Shown here piece by piece: positions 27,694 through 41,940 of a stretch of 64,000 bases of DNA. Each line of letters opens with the position of its first letter. Position 1 is the stretch's first letter. The position numbers were made by a program, and so were the translations under genes. Origin of the DNA: Podarcis liolepis. Lineage: Eukaryota. The DNA is taken from NCBI GenBank assembly GCA_965112155.1, contig OZ218098.1. One strand, given 5' to 3'. The notes below the pieces were generated by a model. It did not search any database. It had not been told where the DNA came from and worked only from the letters and a program-made list of their open reading frames with translations.

Positions 27694-30017
27694 GGCTAGC
27701 CTGTCCTTCACTCCTGTACAAAGTGGCCCCAGTGGAAATGTAATCACCAGCCAGAATCTTAGATGTTTCTGGGTGCTTCATTCAGAGAGGGAGACTGAGC
27801 CAGGTCACATGGCTGAGTGAATTGTATTCCAAGCCTGTGTTCTATAACATTCTGTTTAGCAATGTCATCATCAGAAGACTTGTTTTCCTGATTCTATAAT
27901 TATTCTTTGGAATGCACTCCCACCCACTGTCTTCCCTCCCCCCACACTGCCAAGACAGCTTTTGTAACAATTGGACCAAGAGCAAGAAACTCATTGTGTG
28001 GGGCTGCTGGGGGTGGGCGGGGACAGGAGAGGCATTCAGCAAATTTCTACATACAAAAATGGCAAAAGTACTGTGTCACGTCATAATTCAATGCTTGCAA
28101 ATAGAAAAGAGGTGTGTGTATAACATAAGAGCCTGTTCCCAGTTAATATTTATTTCCTTTTAAGAAAACTTATTATTATTATTTTTCTGACAGAGCTACC
28201 TAAAGAAGTCATGCAATGGAAAGGTGGGAAGTTTCCATTGTTGTAGATCACAGGAATCCTGTGAACTGCAACTCCCATCACTCTGAACCAGCATGGCCAA
28301 TAGTCTGAGGTGGTGGAAGTTGTAGTCCAACAACATCTGGAGTGTCAGAAGTTCCTCACCCCTGTTGTAGATGTTCCTTCTCACCAGCTGGAGCTTTTGA
28401 TAAACCGAATGCTGAAGTACAAAGTGCTTTCAGTATTGCAGACACTTCTTGATTGCTTTCACAAATTGTGTTGTGCCAGTCAGTGTCGACGTTGCAGGGA
28501 GCAGCTGCTGTAATATTTGCATGGGCCCTGGTTGTCTGCATGCTAGGAGGACTTGCACTGCAAATGTGCAACAAAAGATGCTTATTTTTCTTAAAGTACC
28601 CGCAGGATTCACCCAAGTGCTAAAGAGAGAGCATAGGAAGTCCTGACAAGAAGCAGCGTCTACTGTCCAAGGGGCTTGCTCAGCTGCGACAAGCCAAGGA
28701 GTGAATTAAATAACATTAAAAGATAAGAAACTGAGCTCGTACATCTCAGTGTAGTGACCTCTCCATTGATAAATGGTATATTTATGGTACCTCAGTTCTA
28801 AACCAGGTCTTTAAACACATTATCAACCTTTTGCTTGATTGTTGGGAGGTGGAGGTTTTTTTTTAATTGGAGGAAGGTCCAATTAAAAATGGGAGGAAGG
28901 TCAATTTTGAGCAGTTCAACTGGGCAGAGAATACATACATATTGAACTGAAAATGATAGACTATAGTATGTTATAAAATATGACCTGATTTTTCATTAAG
29001 AAACTCCAATCGTAATGCAGAGGGGACATGGCTGCATAGGGTACTTACTCCCCCTCCTAAAAATAGTTTCAGGAAGCAGTGTTCAGAAATAGAGTAAATA
29101 ACAGGTTTGCTTGGCTAAACCTACTTTACCCAGTGAAAATGTTACGCAGTTTCAGGAAACAGTTCTAAATGCTAGGAAAGCAAATGCGATTGTCCTCTAA
29201 AGTTATGTTCTTCTACCCCAGTTTTGCTGCAGTACACTGGCATGATACATTGACCGGGGCTCAAGCGATATGTTCTGAGGGCTAACAGGAGCAGCATTCA
29301 GCGTACTGCCTCTGTTTAAACACTGCCCCTCTTCTTCAGTGTAGTTTCATTGTACTTCTCTAAACTCCAACCCACATATGATAATAATCAACCCCATATT
29401 TGTTACAATAACAAGTCTCATTAGAACACTGGTTCCAATCATGGAGCGGCGGGTGGGAGGGAGGGTTTATTTAATGCTGGTGACTTCATCTGGAGTGATG
29501 TCACTGTTAAGGAAAAACACTGAACACCCATGAAACAGTTCAGCCTTGGAGTCCTTGCCCTTGTAAATCATTGGCTTTAAAGAGACAAAGCATCCCATCC
29601 AGCCCATCTAATCCTGGATGGTTTTCCATAGAACTAGGAACCATTCAGTCCATGAACAGACTTAGAAAGCATCAGGGCATAAAGGCAATTAAAGAATACT
29701 GAGTATGTGCTTGTCCAGTGTCCTTGTCACAGCAGAACAAACATTAGGCCCCACTGCCTTATCAAGCTCTCCTCTGTCAGCAGGGTGGAGTACCCTTGCC
29801 ACAGTCCACACAAGTTCAGGAACTAGGAGCCAGGCCTCAATATCAGCTTCTTCCACTTCTCCCTTTATGATTGTTGCACTGGTGTCAAAAAGCATGAAAT
29901 GTAAAGGAGAGCAGAGCAGAGTGCAAAGGCCATGGAAGCTGGGTGCAGAAAGGGTGGCAGTCTGTGGAGCAGGAGATTTGGGTGATGGATATGTTCAGGC
30001 CAACGGGTTAGGAAACT

Positions 30018-30168
30018 AGGAAGGTGCCGCACACTGAGTCAGGCCCATTGGTCCATCTAGCTCAGTATTGTCTACACTGACTGGCAGTGCTCTCTGGGGT
30101 TTCAAATGACATTCCCAGTGCTACATGCAGATGGCAAGGATTGAAATTGGGATGTTGTGCATGCAAAT
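30018..30168 (-). mobile_element. tRNA-derived SINE fragment (LF-SINE/Squam2-like)
   Basis: GGTCCATCTAGCTCAGTATTGTCTACACTGACTGGCAG and degenerate reverse B-box GGATTGAAATTGGGA; related remnant near 9600-9700. Confidence 0.6.
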
Positions 30169-30436
30169 GGGGGCTGGAGGGCCAGCAGTGGCAAGTGGCA
30201 AAGAGCTTACACGTTGGAGAGTAGAACATGCAGTGGGGTGCTCACACCACCAGGGCAACTGGGGATGGCAGCAGTGCCATATTTTAAGAGGCAAAATGTG
30301 AGAAGGTGACACACTGGGGTTTGATAGCAAGAGGATTTTTTTCTGAATTAACCGCTGGCCTTGCAAAACCTTCCTTGCCCTCATAAAAATGGATAACTTT
30401 GCTGGCACAATTAATTTCATTTAAATTGTTCCCTGG

Positions 30437-30629
30437 CTTAATTCGTTCCGGAGGTCCATTCTTAGCCTGAAACTGTTCTTAACTTGAGGTACCACTTTAG
30501 CTAATGGGGCCTTCTGCTGCTGCCGTGCGATTTCTGTTCTCATCCTGAAGCAAAGTTTTTAACCCGAGGTACTATTTCTGGGTTAGCGGAGTCTGTAACC
30601 TGAAGCGTCTGTAACCTGAGGTACCACTG
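30437..30629 (+). mobile_element. Tc1/mariner MITE, copy 4 (left TIR lost)
   Basis: Same body and right TIR GAGGTACCACTG-TA. Confidence 0.85.
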
Positions 30630-32204
30630 TACTTGTGTGTATTCTGTTATATGCGTTGTGTGGTTGGTGTTGGGATGAAAAGGTGTTGGGAGGCAAAGTC
30701 TAGTTGAGCCCTGGTTCCAGTTTAACAAATGGGAAAATGCCGTGGTGCAGATTTGCTGTGAAAAACAATGCTTTCATGATGGAGCAGGAGCTGGGCAATG
30801 GCCAGAAATAAGGACAGCTTGGGACTCCTGTCCAGAACAGTCTTTAATGAGATGCATAGTTTTCCCCTGGGTGTGGAGGTGGTGGAGAGGTGAAGTTCAA
30901 AGAGTTGCAGGAAGAGGATGTAATGTACCGCACTGCCACCCCTGATCACAAGGGAGATGCAGTGGATTGTGCAGGAAACTGCTGGCTCAGATGTTAGCTG
31001 TTCTGGCTAGTACTCTGCCCACTATACCACACTTCCTCCTGCTTTCTGTTGGTGCTTTGGGACCAAGCTTGTATCAAATGGATGAGCAGGGCTGCACAGC
31101 CTTCTAAAGCTTCAGTTTGCTGTGCAGATATATTGACTTGCAAAAACAAAAGGCACCAGAGCTGTTTCTTTTACCCCTGCCGCCTGCCGTTCACTAGGGT
31201 GGTTGGAGGAAGCAGGGAAAGGGATGTTGTCCCTTTAAGCAGCTGAGCGAACCATATGCCAGTAGCGTAGCCCTTGAGTTAAACTGCATGTCTGTGTGCT
31301 GAGTAAGGAATGCGGTTGCATGCCTGACCCGTTAGCTATGACTGCTCCTTAGTGGATCAGCACGGCTGTTGCTCATGTGCTGATCTCATTCAGCCTCATT
31401 GGAGCTGGCGCTGCACATACACAAGGAGTGGAGAGAGGGGGAGTATCGTTCTGCTGAGAAGGAGCAGGAATATTCCTATCCTGCTCCCTCTCTCCCCTTT
31501 TTTATTTCTCCAAGAAGCTGGATCTAGGGGTGTTTCGGGCTCCCCTACTTTTTTTGGAAAATAGGAGGTTTCCACCCACCCACCTCTGGCAATTGTTGTT
31601 TTGCGAGGGCAGGAGGTAGCTCTTGGAGAGAGACGCAGCGCAGCTGCCTGGATGCCTTTGGATGTTATGATTGCTCCCTCTGAGGACCAGTTCTGGCCAG
31701 ACATGCACAAAGAGCAGATGAAGCTGAAAATCAGGGTGAGACGGATGAAGGAGAGCAGGGAGATGCGAGGTTGGTTCCCTGGATTTCCCATCCTTTTAGA
31801 TGGGTGTGTGTGCATGAGAAGTGAATGGGGATGGGACTGGAGTGTGTGCTTGGGGGTGCGGGGGGGGGGAGGAGGGATAGAGGAATAGAATCTGTTGCCT
31901 GAACCATGTCTCCTGCCTCCCGAGTGTGCTGAGTGGGGAGGGGGTTGGCAGCTGGCATCATGCCATCACAGGACTGGGACAAGTTTAAAATTCTGGCGGC
32001 AGGAGGGGGAGAATGCCCATCATTTCTCCAGCCTTCGCAGATGCAGGACACAACAGGCAGCAATCCAGAGCACGCGAATGAAAATCTCATTTGTGAGACT
32101 TACTTCTGAGTCAACATGTTCAGAATTGGGCTGTTGGAATGTGACAGAGTAACACTCCCCCTTGCCCAGAATAATCAGAAAATGTGCTGCTCTTTCAGTG
32201 TAGG

Positions 32205-32206
<2 letters not shown>

Positions 32207-32250
<44 letters not shown>
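32207..32250. repeat. (CT)n microsatellite
   Basis: Read directly. Confidence 0.98.
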
Positions 32251-32254
<4 letters not shown>

Positions 32255-34839
32255 ACTGCAAGAAGATGGGCATTGGGTGATGCTTGCCTTGAGTCCCTCT
32301 GTGTTCCTGCATGTGCAGTGCTGCAGCACACATCTAGAAAAAAGAGTTGCTTCCCCTTTAACAGGGTCTGGCTTTTTAAAAAAACGGATGAGGGGGGGAC
32401 TTAATTTCACAATGAACTGGGATCGTTAAAACTGGAATATAATGGGAAACTCAGAGGAGTGAGGCAGATTCTTCCTTTCTTATGTAACTCACCACATGCT
32501 CCAGGGCAGAAGGGTAGGGAGCTATGGAAATTTCCTGGGGACATCTCCATGCATGAGAAAGCATCTTGCATTCACTGCTACCTTCTTTAGAGGTCACTTT
32601 CTATCAAGTGGATGTGCAGATGGAAGGAAAGGAAGGAAAGGGGGAATTACCTTCCAGAAAGGCAAAATAAAAGAAGAGGCATTGAGGAAGGTGGGGGCAC
32701 TATGCTGTCCCTAGCTTTAGATCTTGTGCATTTGCTTTGCTGCTCAATATGCCTGACTGCATTTCTGTACTGAGAATGACTCCTTTATTGAAAAGGCATC
32801 CATAGTGGTTTATTACTTGCAGGGCTAGCCCGAGAGGTGAGAAGAGAAATGAAAAGCAGCTTTAAAAAAGTAGAATGACCTACTTTTACCAAACGATGGA
32901 ACCATGAAACTTTCCCACAGCCCTTGCACTCTTTACAAAATCAGAATTTTCCTGCAGCGCTTGGAAGCCCTTTTGTGTCATGAGATGCATAGCCCAGCGA
33001 TTGTGTCATTAGTAATAAGTCATTTATGGAAATGACACATTTTTCTTTACTTAGAACCAGTAGAGCTGGTCCTGGTGAGGCACATTTACCAGAGGAAAAT
33101 CTAGACCGGCAACTCAGGAGGGCTGATTCTTTCAAGGGTGTTATTGCCCAATGCTTTTTTTAATAGAAAAATATTGGTGTTAATGGTTGCTTTCCTATTT
33201 ACGTAAGGTCTTGCACCTTGGAGAAATATAGCAGTTGGCAAAGATTCAAAAAATGAAGCATGACTGACTTGAGGACAGGGAATGTGGAATTTCCCCCCAT
33301 TCTCCCTTATGGATTCTTCTTTCTGTTGTACACGCAACCCAAAACTGCCTGCCCAACAGATGTTAGTTAGCTCAGTAAAAGCAAGAACCATACTTACTTC
33401 TAGCCTCTGGTACTAGTATAGACAATCAGAACTGGCTATATGCTGCAAATAACATGCCTAAAACATTTTTGTTTTTTGTGGCTGGGGGAGCATGGAATGG
33501 GTAGAAGTGTGCATAGAGGTTTGGGTCTTTGTATGGTGGTGAACTAAGGTTCCTGTTCCTTCAGCTAGGAAGAATTTAGATGTGATAGTCTTTCATCTGA
33601 CAAATTATTGAGCTTCCTCACACAATGGCGGTGTCAAAATTGTCTGAATTGGGGGGAACAGAAATCGATCACCCCAGAGTTAAAGATACCTGATGATGAT
33701 GAAGATGATGCCACCAGCAAAAGTGCCACCAGCCATGATGACAATGGCATGAAAACAGAGATTACTTGATGCAGCACAGGAAGATGGTGAGAGTCAATAT
33801 AGCAGGGGGCTGTGAGGGGAACAGCTGCAAAGACCAACCGAGCCCTTTCACTGCAGTAATAGAATTTAAATAGGAACTTGATGAGGTAAGATCCTAAAGC
33901 CATTTAAAATGAGGGATCAGGGGAGGCAGTCTCCAGAGACCTAAGAGAGAGTGTCGATTCTTTTTTTCCCCTTTCCAGAAAGCTGCTTTAACTGCCATTT
34001 TAGAAGCCGGTGTTTGGCTCTGGCGAAACAGCAAATGTTGCCCTTGCAAAAGGGGCCAGTGAGGCTGCATTGAAAAAATGTGCTGAACATTCCATCCGCT
34101 TTGATACATACGAAAAGGGGCTTTATGTGGAATTGGCCAATGTCCAGCAATGGGTGAGATAATTGAGCCGATATAAGGAGTAGAACACCATTTGTTACTT
34201 GAGGAAGGAAGTCAGAACTGACTTTTGCTAATCCTAGAAGGGGTGGGGGTGGGGAATGCAGCCAAGTGTCCTTTCCTCGTGAATTTCAGAGACTATTTTG
34301 CTGTTTCAGGTCTTGATATATCCCGCCCACACTCTTCAGTTATGACAGCTCTCCCTTACTTACCCTAATAAGAACAGAGGCCAAATTCCCATAGAAATAT
34401 AGTGTGATCTACCTCTGTCACTTGCTTGTTCTGCTGTTTCTCCATACTCAAAAAACGCATACCTGTGCATGGGAGTGAAGGTGTGAAGTAGCCCTGGAAG
34501 CGGTGTCACCGCTCTCCTCCTACTTATTTAGCTATGTTGAGAGAGTAGCAATGCTCCAGTGTGACAGCTAAGCAGGGTTTCGTATGTGACCAAAACATAT
34601 AGCTCATGCTGGAGAACTCTGCTTTGTGTGGGAACAAAAGAACCAAAATCAGGGCTGTTGTCTTGCACGTAAAGGCAAGACAGCAGAGCAGACCATCTAG
34701 CTGCAAAAAGGAAGTAATGGTTGTGAAAGCCAAGGAATTTTCTATGGCAGGACTGAGTAAGATTTTCAAGTGCTGTGATTTCATCATTGGCGAGGCTTGT
34801 AATGGAAGCCATCCTTAAGCAAAAGTACCAGACATTGAA

Positions 34840-36212
34840 CCGTATATATTGAATTCAGTAAGCCTTTAGACAAAGCCCCCCATTATATTATTGGGGAGAA
34901 GCTGGTAATATATGTGCTGGACAAGGTCACTGTTAGGTGGATTTGTAGCTAACTGAACCCCAAGAGTGCTCACTAATGGTTCCTCATCATCTTGGAAAAA
35001 AGGGACAAGTGGGTGCTGCAGGGTTCTGTCCTAGGCCCATTGTTGTTCAGCATCTTTATAAATAACTTGGATGAATGAACTGAGGGGATGCTCATGAAAT
35101 TTGCAGACAACGCCAAGCTGGGAGGGGTAGCCAATGCCTCGGAAGACAGAATCAGGATTCAAAATGACCTTAATAGATTGGGAAACTGGGCCAAAACTAA
35201 CTAAATGAATTACAATAGGGAGAAATATCAGGTTCTATACTTAGGCAGGAAGAACCAGCTGCACAAATATAAGATGCTGGGCACCTGGATTGCCAGTAGT
35301 ACACGTAAAAAGAATCTAGGGGTCTTAGTAGATCACAATTTGAACACGAGTCAACAGTGTGATGCAGCAACAAAAAGGCTAATGCTGTTCTATGCTGTGT
35401 CAACAGAAGTACAGTGGGACCTCCAGTTGAGAACGGGATCCGTTCCGGAGCTCCGGTCACATCCCGAGGAATTTGCAACTGGAGGTGATGCTTCTGTGCA
35501 TGCGCATGACGCGGTTTAGCACTTCTTTGCATGTGCGCAGCACCTAGAGCACTTCTGTGCATGCGTGCGGGGCAAAACCCGGCAAAATACTTCTGCGTTT
35601 GCCGCATACGTATACTGAGGGATACATAACCGGAGGTGAACGCAAGTAGAGGTACCACTGTATAGTGTTCCAATCAAGGGAAGTTATAGTACCACTCTAT
35701 TCTGCCTTTGGCAGACCACACCTGCAGTACTGTTCTGGGCACCACAATTTAAGAAGGATATTGAGGAACATGTGTAGAGGAGGGTAACCAAGATGATAAA
35801 GGGTGTGGAAACCAAGCCTTATGAGGAATGGTTGCAGGAATTGGGTATGTTTAGCCTGGAAAAGAGGAGACTAAGAGGAGATATAATGGCCATCTTCAAC
35901 TATCTAAAGGGCTGTCACATAATATATGGAACAAGCTTGTTTTCTCCTGCTCTGGAGTGTAGAACCCGAACCAATGGCTTCAAGTTAAAAGAAAGGAGAT
36001 TCCAACTAAACCTCAGGAAGAACTTTCCAACAGTAAGAGCTGTTTGACAGTGGAATGGACATCCTCAGGTGGTGGCAGACTCTCCATTTAATAGTTTCAA
36101 GCAATGGTTGGATGGTCATTTGTCATGGATGCTTTAGTTGAGATTCCTGCATTGTAGGGAGTTGGACTCGGTGAATGTCAGGATCCCTTCCAACCCTACA
36201 ATGCTATGATTC
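34840..36212 (+). mobile_element. CR1 LINE 3' portion (decayed RT and C-terminus)
   Basis: Remnants of DFSKAFDK, QGSVLGP, KFADxxKL, YEEWLQELGMFSLEKRRLRGD; 3' end CCCTTCCAAC...CTATGATTC. Confidence 0.92.
35412..35660. mobile_element. Tc1/mariner MITE (second family) nested in CR1
   Basis: TA-CAGTGGGACCTC...GAGGTACCACTG-TA; removing it rejoins CR1 (caacagaagTA|tagtg); three internal CTTCT(G/T)TGCATG repeats. Confidence 0.85.
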
Positions 36213-36374
36213 GCCAGTCTGAGCTGCCTTTAGTGCTCTTCAGTATTTTATATTTTTTTCTAAAGTTATATTCAAGGGCTTAATGTGTTGGAATAGTTAG
36301 AAAATTCATTTTAAAACCGACAGACTTCATTTTCTTCATTGTAGATGAGCAATTAAGGGACAGATATTCTAAAA

Positions 36375-36510
36375 CAGGCATAGGCAAACTCGGCACTCCA
36401 GATGTTTTGGGACTACAACTCCCATCATCCCTGACCACTGGTCCTGTTAGCTAGGGAAGATGGGAGTTGTAGTCCCAAAACATCTGGAGGGCCGAGTTTG
36501 CCTATGCCTG
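36375..36510. mobile_element. Palindromic hAT MITE
   Basis: TIR CAGGCATAGGCAAACTCGGC; TSD TTCTAAAA / TTCTAACA; GGACTACAACTCCCATC inverted arms. Confidence 0.9.
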
Positions 36511-37313
36511 TTCTAACACCACATACATAGCATGATACATACCTTTGTACTTCGTATCAGTCAATATTCAAGAATTACCACCCTGATTTCATATGTAGTA
36601 TCACTAAAGTTGATTAGAATCCCCATCTCACCCACACTCATGCACTGAAAACGTGCAGGCTGGGGGAAGTGTACCTTTTCACAAATCTTACTCTGACAAT
36701 GGTAGGGTGGTATAAGGACTTTATAAGGAACTGAGTTCAAGTGATTTTAAGTAGATGCATTTTGTCATTCTGTTCACCCGTGGCTTAAATGGGGGGGGGG
36801 TGATCTCAGGGTCCTAGCTAGGCAGTGTAGACTTCTTTATTTCCTCTTAAGTAATAATGTTTAGTTTTGGCTTAGGGTAAAGGAGGGTTTTCAGCAGTAC
36901 TCTTGGAAGAACTTTCATGAGTCCACCCAGCAGACTGCTAGTCCATTGTTGATGCTGGCAAGCGCGTCAGGAATTGACACCAGCACTAAAGTGCAACTAC
37001 GACTGAAAGTCTTAACAGTGTGCATTGTTTTCATGTTCATGCAAGGAACTGTGGCAATAGCAAATTGTGGGATAACTGCTGCAGAATGGCGAGAAATCGA
37101 AATTACACTGCAAGGTCATAGGGTGCCATTGAGATAATGTGAATGTGTGTGCGCGTGCGCACACTAATGTGTGTGTGTGTGCATGCGTGCACACACATAC
37201 ACAGTTCCATATATCCCTTAAGTACCTTTTCAAGAATATCGTTCTCTGCAGGAGCTGCAGAAAACGTTGCACATTGACAGCTCTGTGCTGGGGGATGGAA
37301 GTTGATTCTAAAT

Positions 37314-37562
37314 CAGGGGTCAGAAACCTTTTTCAGCTATGGGCCAGTCCACCATCCCTCATACCATGTGGTGGGCCGGACTATATTGTGAAGGGAAAAA
37401 ATGAACAAATTCCTATGCCCCACAAATAACCCGAGGTGCATTTTAAATAAAAGCACACATTCTACTCCTGTAAAACATGCTGATTCCCGGACCATCCACC
37501 GGCCGGATTGAGAACGTGATTGGGCCGCATCCAGCCCCTGGGCCTTAGGTTGCCTACCCCTG
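37314..37562 (-). mobile_element. hAT MITE (CATGGGTAGGCAAAC family)
   Basis: TSD TTCTAAAT / GTCTAAAT; family body. Confidence 0.88.
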
Positions 37563-40500
37563 GTCTAAATCTTACCCTAGAGTAGGTGCCCAAATCTCTA
37601 GTCACAGGTAGTTTTAAATGCTTTATCAACCAGACTTGCCTAGCAGATGGCTTCAAGCTCTATTGTCTGAGGGGATCACATATCCTTAAAGTACATAAGA
37701 TGGAAGATGATAGACCACTAGCTACAGTTAAACAAATACAAGGCCCTGAATCATTTGACATCCTTTTACAGTTGCCTAGTCTTTGCTGTCCAAGAGAAGC
37801 CGCAAGATACATTATTTCTGAGCTAGTTACTAAAGCCAAAGCTGAACTTGTCTCAGAACCTGTTTGCTCGGGAGATCTTTCTCCACTCGTTGATAGGCAG
37901 CTGGCTGGTTGCAGTAGCTTTTTCACCTAAAGAATAGTGTCAAAATGCATGTGCACCACAAAGAAAGCGAAGGCTGCATCTGCTCCCTCCACTGCCACCA
38001 CACTGACATGGCAAAAAACATGAGGGGTTTGGAGGTATATTGTTCTCTAGATAATGGACTGTGAAGTGCAGGCCTCATTCAAGAGTTCCGTACAGATGCT
38101 GGCACAATGATTGCATCAATAGCTGAGCCAGCCTTTTGTCCAGATCCTGTGGCTTGGTTTTAAATTGGTGCAGGAGTGACGTACAATCGATCAATGCCAC
38201 AATGCAGATTGCAAGGGCTGGTTGCACATCAGCGCATAATGATGTTAAACTAACCTGCTGCTTTGTTCCTGTGTAAAAACAGCTAGGAAAAAAAAGATGA
38301 ATTGTGAATAATCAGTGGAGTTATCTTGGATGCTGTGATTGCTGGCCATTATTCCTGTATTTTTAAGGGATATTTCAATGCTTGTTCCTGGTTTCATAAA
38401 CCAGGGATTCAGATATGCTTTATGCAAACGAGCCCAATATATTTTAATTGTTATAGCAGCCAAATAATAATGTTTGCTTGTTCAAGAAATACATTAATTC
38501 AAAGTGAGTATCCTTATTGAAATCACTGATTTAAGACTGTCTTTTTATTGGTGATGTAATTCATGTTTTTAACAGCCTTAATTTAAATCAATCCACCTAT
38601 GGGGGGGAGAGGACATTTAAGCATGGAATCCAATTGTAAAAGAGTAAAGAACAGAGGGCAGGGGAAAGAAATGTTTAAGATTAAGGAAGCAAATATTTAG
38701 AAACCTAAGAAAGATGTTCAGTCTCAAAAAAGGGAAGGAAGAGCAAGGAAAGAAAATATAACAAGAGGAGCATGAGTGAGATAAGTTGAAGGAACAAGAG
38801 AAAATTAAAGTAACACATTTGTCAAAGTAGGAGCAGTTAGCAGCTGTTGCATGGCAGATAGATTCCACCAAAATAGGAGACAACATCATTAGGAGGCAAG
38901 TTGGCACGGCAGAGTTAGGAGATGAATAAAGAGAAATAATATTTGACAAAAGGTGGTAAGGATTAGACAATGAGCAAAAAATTGGGGTGTGGGGGGGAGA
39001 AGCAGAAAGAAAAATAAATATTTTGTGACCAAATATTCAAACGTGATCACTGGAAACCAAGAGAAATCAAGACCTGTTGCCAAAGGAGATCAGTGGACAG
39101 GTTAGAAGAAAAGTGAAGGAAAATAATGAGTTGTAAATGAACTGACTGTTCTGCAAGGGAACACAGAAGAATAGGTGGGGAAAGAAATCAAGGGCAGAAG
39201 AATAGATTAGGAAGAAGAAGAAAAAGAATCCAAATCAATACAAAACTAAGCAGGGGAGTAGTTGAATTTAGAAGTAGAAATCACAGAGGTAATTAAAATG
39301 TAGTTAGGAAGAGGAAGACAGAATTGCAAAGACAGCACTACAAAGTAATATCTAAATCAAGAGCAATCTTGGGGAACTAGGGAATTTCCATGGAACTGTA
39401 GGGAAGCCAGTATGTGCCAATATTTACAAAAGCGGACAATCTTTGGTGTAGAGGAATAATAGATTGGCTTCCGCATGATCAAAAAGATGCTAAGTGCTTA
39501 AAACATAAATAGCCACCAGGCACCACATTATGGTGGAAACTAGTTCTTTTCCAGCAAATAGACTTTTTGATACTTTGATGATGGTGATGATATTTCTTTC
39601 ACATTTCTGGTTTTCATACTATGGTTATTACAGAAGAGAAGGCTTTCTTAGTGATCAGGCACTAACCTGGGGCTTGCAAGTCTAGCTTTGTTGACTTCAG
39701 TCTCATGGATGGAAAAGACAGCATCTGCCTGAACTCTGGGGACTTTCTTCAGAGTTTTCCCAGGCAGCTGCTACCAGCTGGGCTCACAAGGCTGAGAAAG
39801 TGATAAACCACGAATGAGTTAGTTGGGTGTTGTGTCTAGAGAAAACCTTTTCCGTGTGTTCTTTGGGAGTGCAGCCATTAGCTGCTGTGCCACAGATTTC
39901 CTGTGTGGCCTTGGAAAAACCTGCTCTGTGTAACATGTGAGACGAAAGTAACATTTCCACCTCACTCTAATGCTATGAACAGTGATATGTTCAGGACTGC
40001 AGGTGTTCTTCTCCTGCCCACCCCCTAATATTCTTAAGAGGGTCTCTTCTCCAGTCTTCAGAGAGTAGCTGGAAGTGGCGAGGCAGAAAAAGGTCCTCCT
40101 TTCCTTCTACACTGCAGTTTTTATCTGAAAACTTAGGCGCAGTACTGCTGCCAGAGCTCAGAAACCACTCGCGCTAATGAAATTCCCTGTTGCAAAATGC
40201 ACCTAGAACAATGGGAGTGTCTAACACTGCACTTGACCCTATGCAAATTGCCATAACAAACCTTCTTTATGTAGCTTGAGAGAGAAAGTGCAAAATTTCC
40301 AACTGTACCCGTGGTCCAGCAAATTTCCAACAAATCATTTGCAATGAGCATGGGGTAGAGTACAGACTGGGAGAAATGATGTTGGTTGCACAAAGAATGA
40401 CTGGGTGAATCAAGCCTCTCTAATGGCCTAAACAAGACAAGGATTAAGAAAGCTGTCTACTGTGTCATTTAAAAGCATGCTCTTATTTCTCTTGGATGGT

Positions 40501-41206
40501 GTGAGGTGGGATTATTTAATGTCTTCAAGATGCTTCAAGATGCTTAAATAGAAAGGTTGATTCATGAGTAGTTTGATTGCTAAAACGGGGACTGCATGTG
40601 GAGTAGTCCTAACCCTTTTCTGCTGACACCCAGGTGGTGCCCCTGTGACGTCCTAATCACTTGTAACCTTTATATCATATGTTTTAAAAAAGTGAGAGAG
40701 GCAGGTGCCAAGTGTTCTCTCCATATTGGATTCCATATCTACTCTCAGGTTATAGGACACTTTACTATGCAGGTAGACAGCATTTGCGTTTGATGAAGCA
40801 ACACTTTCCTTCTCACAGACACTGCAGGCTGAAGGCTTGTTCACTCACAAGTTGCTATCAGAGGTGAAATGAAGGGATGACGAGCATTCTAGTGCTTGCA
40901 AACGAGACATTTCAGGCACCCACCTGGGCCATTCAGAAAGCTTTTTGTGCAGTATCTGCAGAACTGTGAACCCCATTCATCACAGAGAGCAACCGTGTTC
41001 TTGATTATATAACTCCTAGATGAAAGAGGAGCCAGGGAAGAAAATCCTTTTTGAGCTTTCCAGTGGCCATGGATTGCTTTTCATCTCATTTCATCCACTG
41101 ATGTGTTTTGGGGACATGTAAACACATTCAAGGTTGATACATACCCAGTTATTGTTATTTTTTAATTATGCATTAAATTTGTATACCGCCCTATACTTGC
41201 AGGTCT

Positions 41207-41940
41207 CAGTTCTGGTCACCACAGTTTAAGCAGGATATTAAAAAGTTGGAAGGTGTGCAGAGGAGGGTGACCAAGATGATAAGGGGTCTGGAAACCAAGC
41301 CTTATGAGGAATGGTTGAGGGAGTTGGGTATGTTTAGCCTGAAGAAGAGGAGGCTGAGAGGTGATATGAGGGCCATCTTCAAATATCTGAAGAAGGAGCA
41401 AACTTGCTTTCTGCTGCTCCAGAGGGGAGGACTCAAACCAACAGAGTTGAATGACTAGATAGGAGATTCCAACTAAACATTAGGACATGCTTTCTGACAG
41501 GAAGAGCTGTTCAAAAGTGGATTGAACCAGCTCAGAAGGTGGTGGACTCTTCTTCTTTAAAAAGAGGTTGGATATAGATAGATATACCAGGGATTCTGTA
41601 GTTGTAATTCCTGCATTTAGTAGTATAACAAATCAGGGTGGGGTGTGCAGGCTGCACCGGGTTTGTGGGGGACTTAGGCCGGTACAGTGGCCTGTAGTGC
41701 GGCACAAAAGCTACTGCATGTCAGGGATTGGGATTCTGTGTGGCAGGGGAGTTTGTGGGCGGCATGGTGGTTCCTGGAGTTTTGGGTGCTCTGCAGTTCC
41801 TGAAAAAAGTGGCTGCCCTAAAAAAAAGCTCAACAACTTTGATTTCCCCCTGAAAGCTCCAAGCCACTGCTTGCATTACCAGAGTTTGGACTAGATAGCC
41901 CTTGTGGTCCCTTCCATCTCTATAGTTATATCATTCTGTG
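41207..41940 (+). mobile_element. CR1 LINE 3' fragment, interrupted at 41618-41869
   Basis: [40 protein letters not shown]; 3'UTR resumes TTGGACTAGAT...GGTCCCTTCCA after the insertion. Confidence 0.88.
41618..41869. mobile_element. Older hAT-like insertion inside CR1
   Basis: Flanked by near-duplicate 8-mers CCTGCATT / CTTGCATT; right end GCCACTG, left end decayed (TAGTAGT). Confidence 0.55.
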
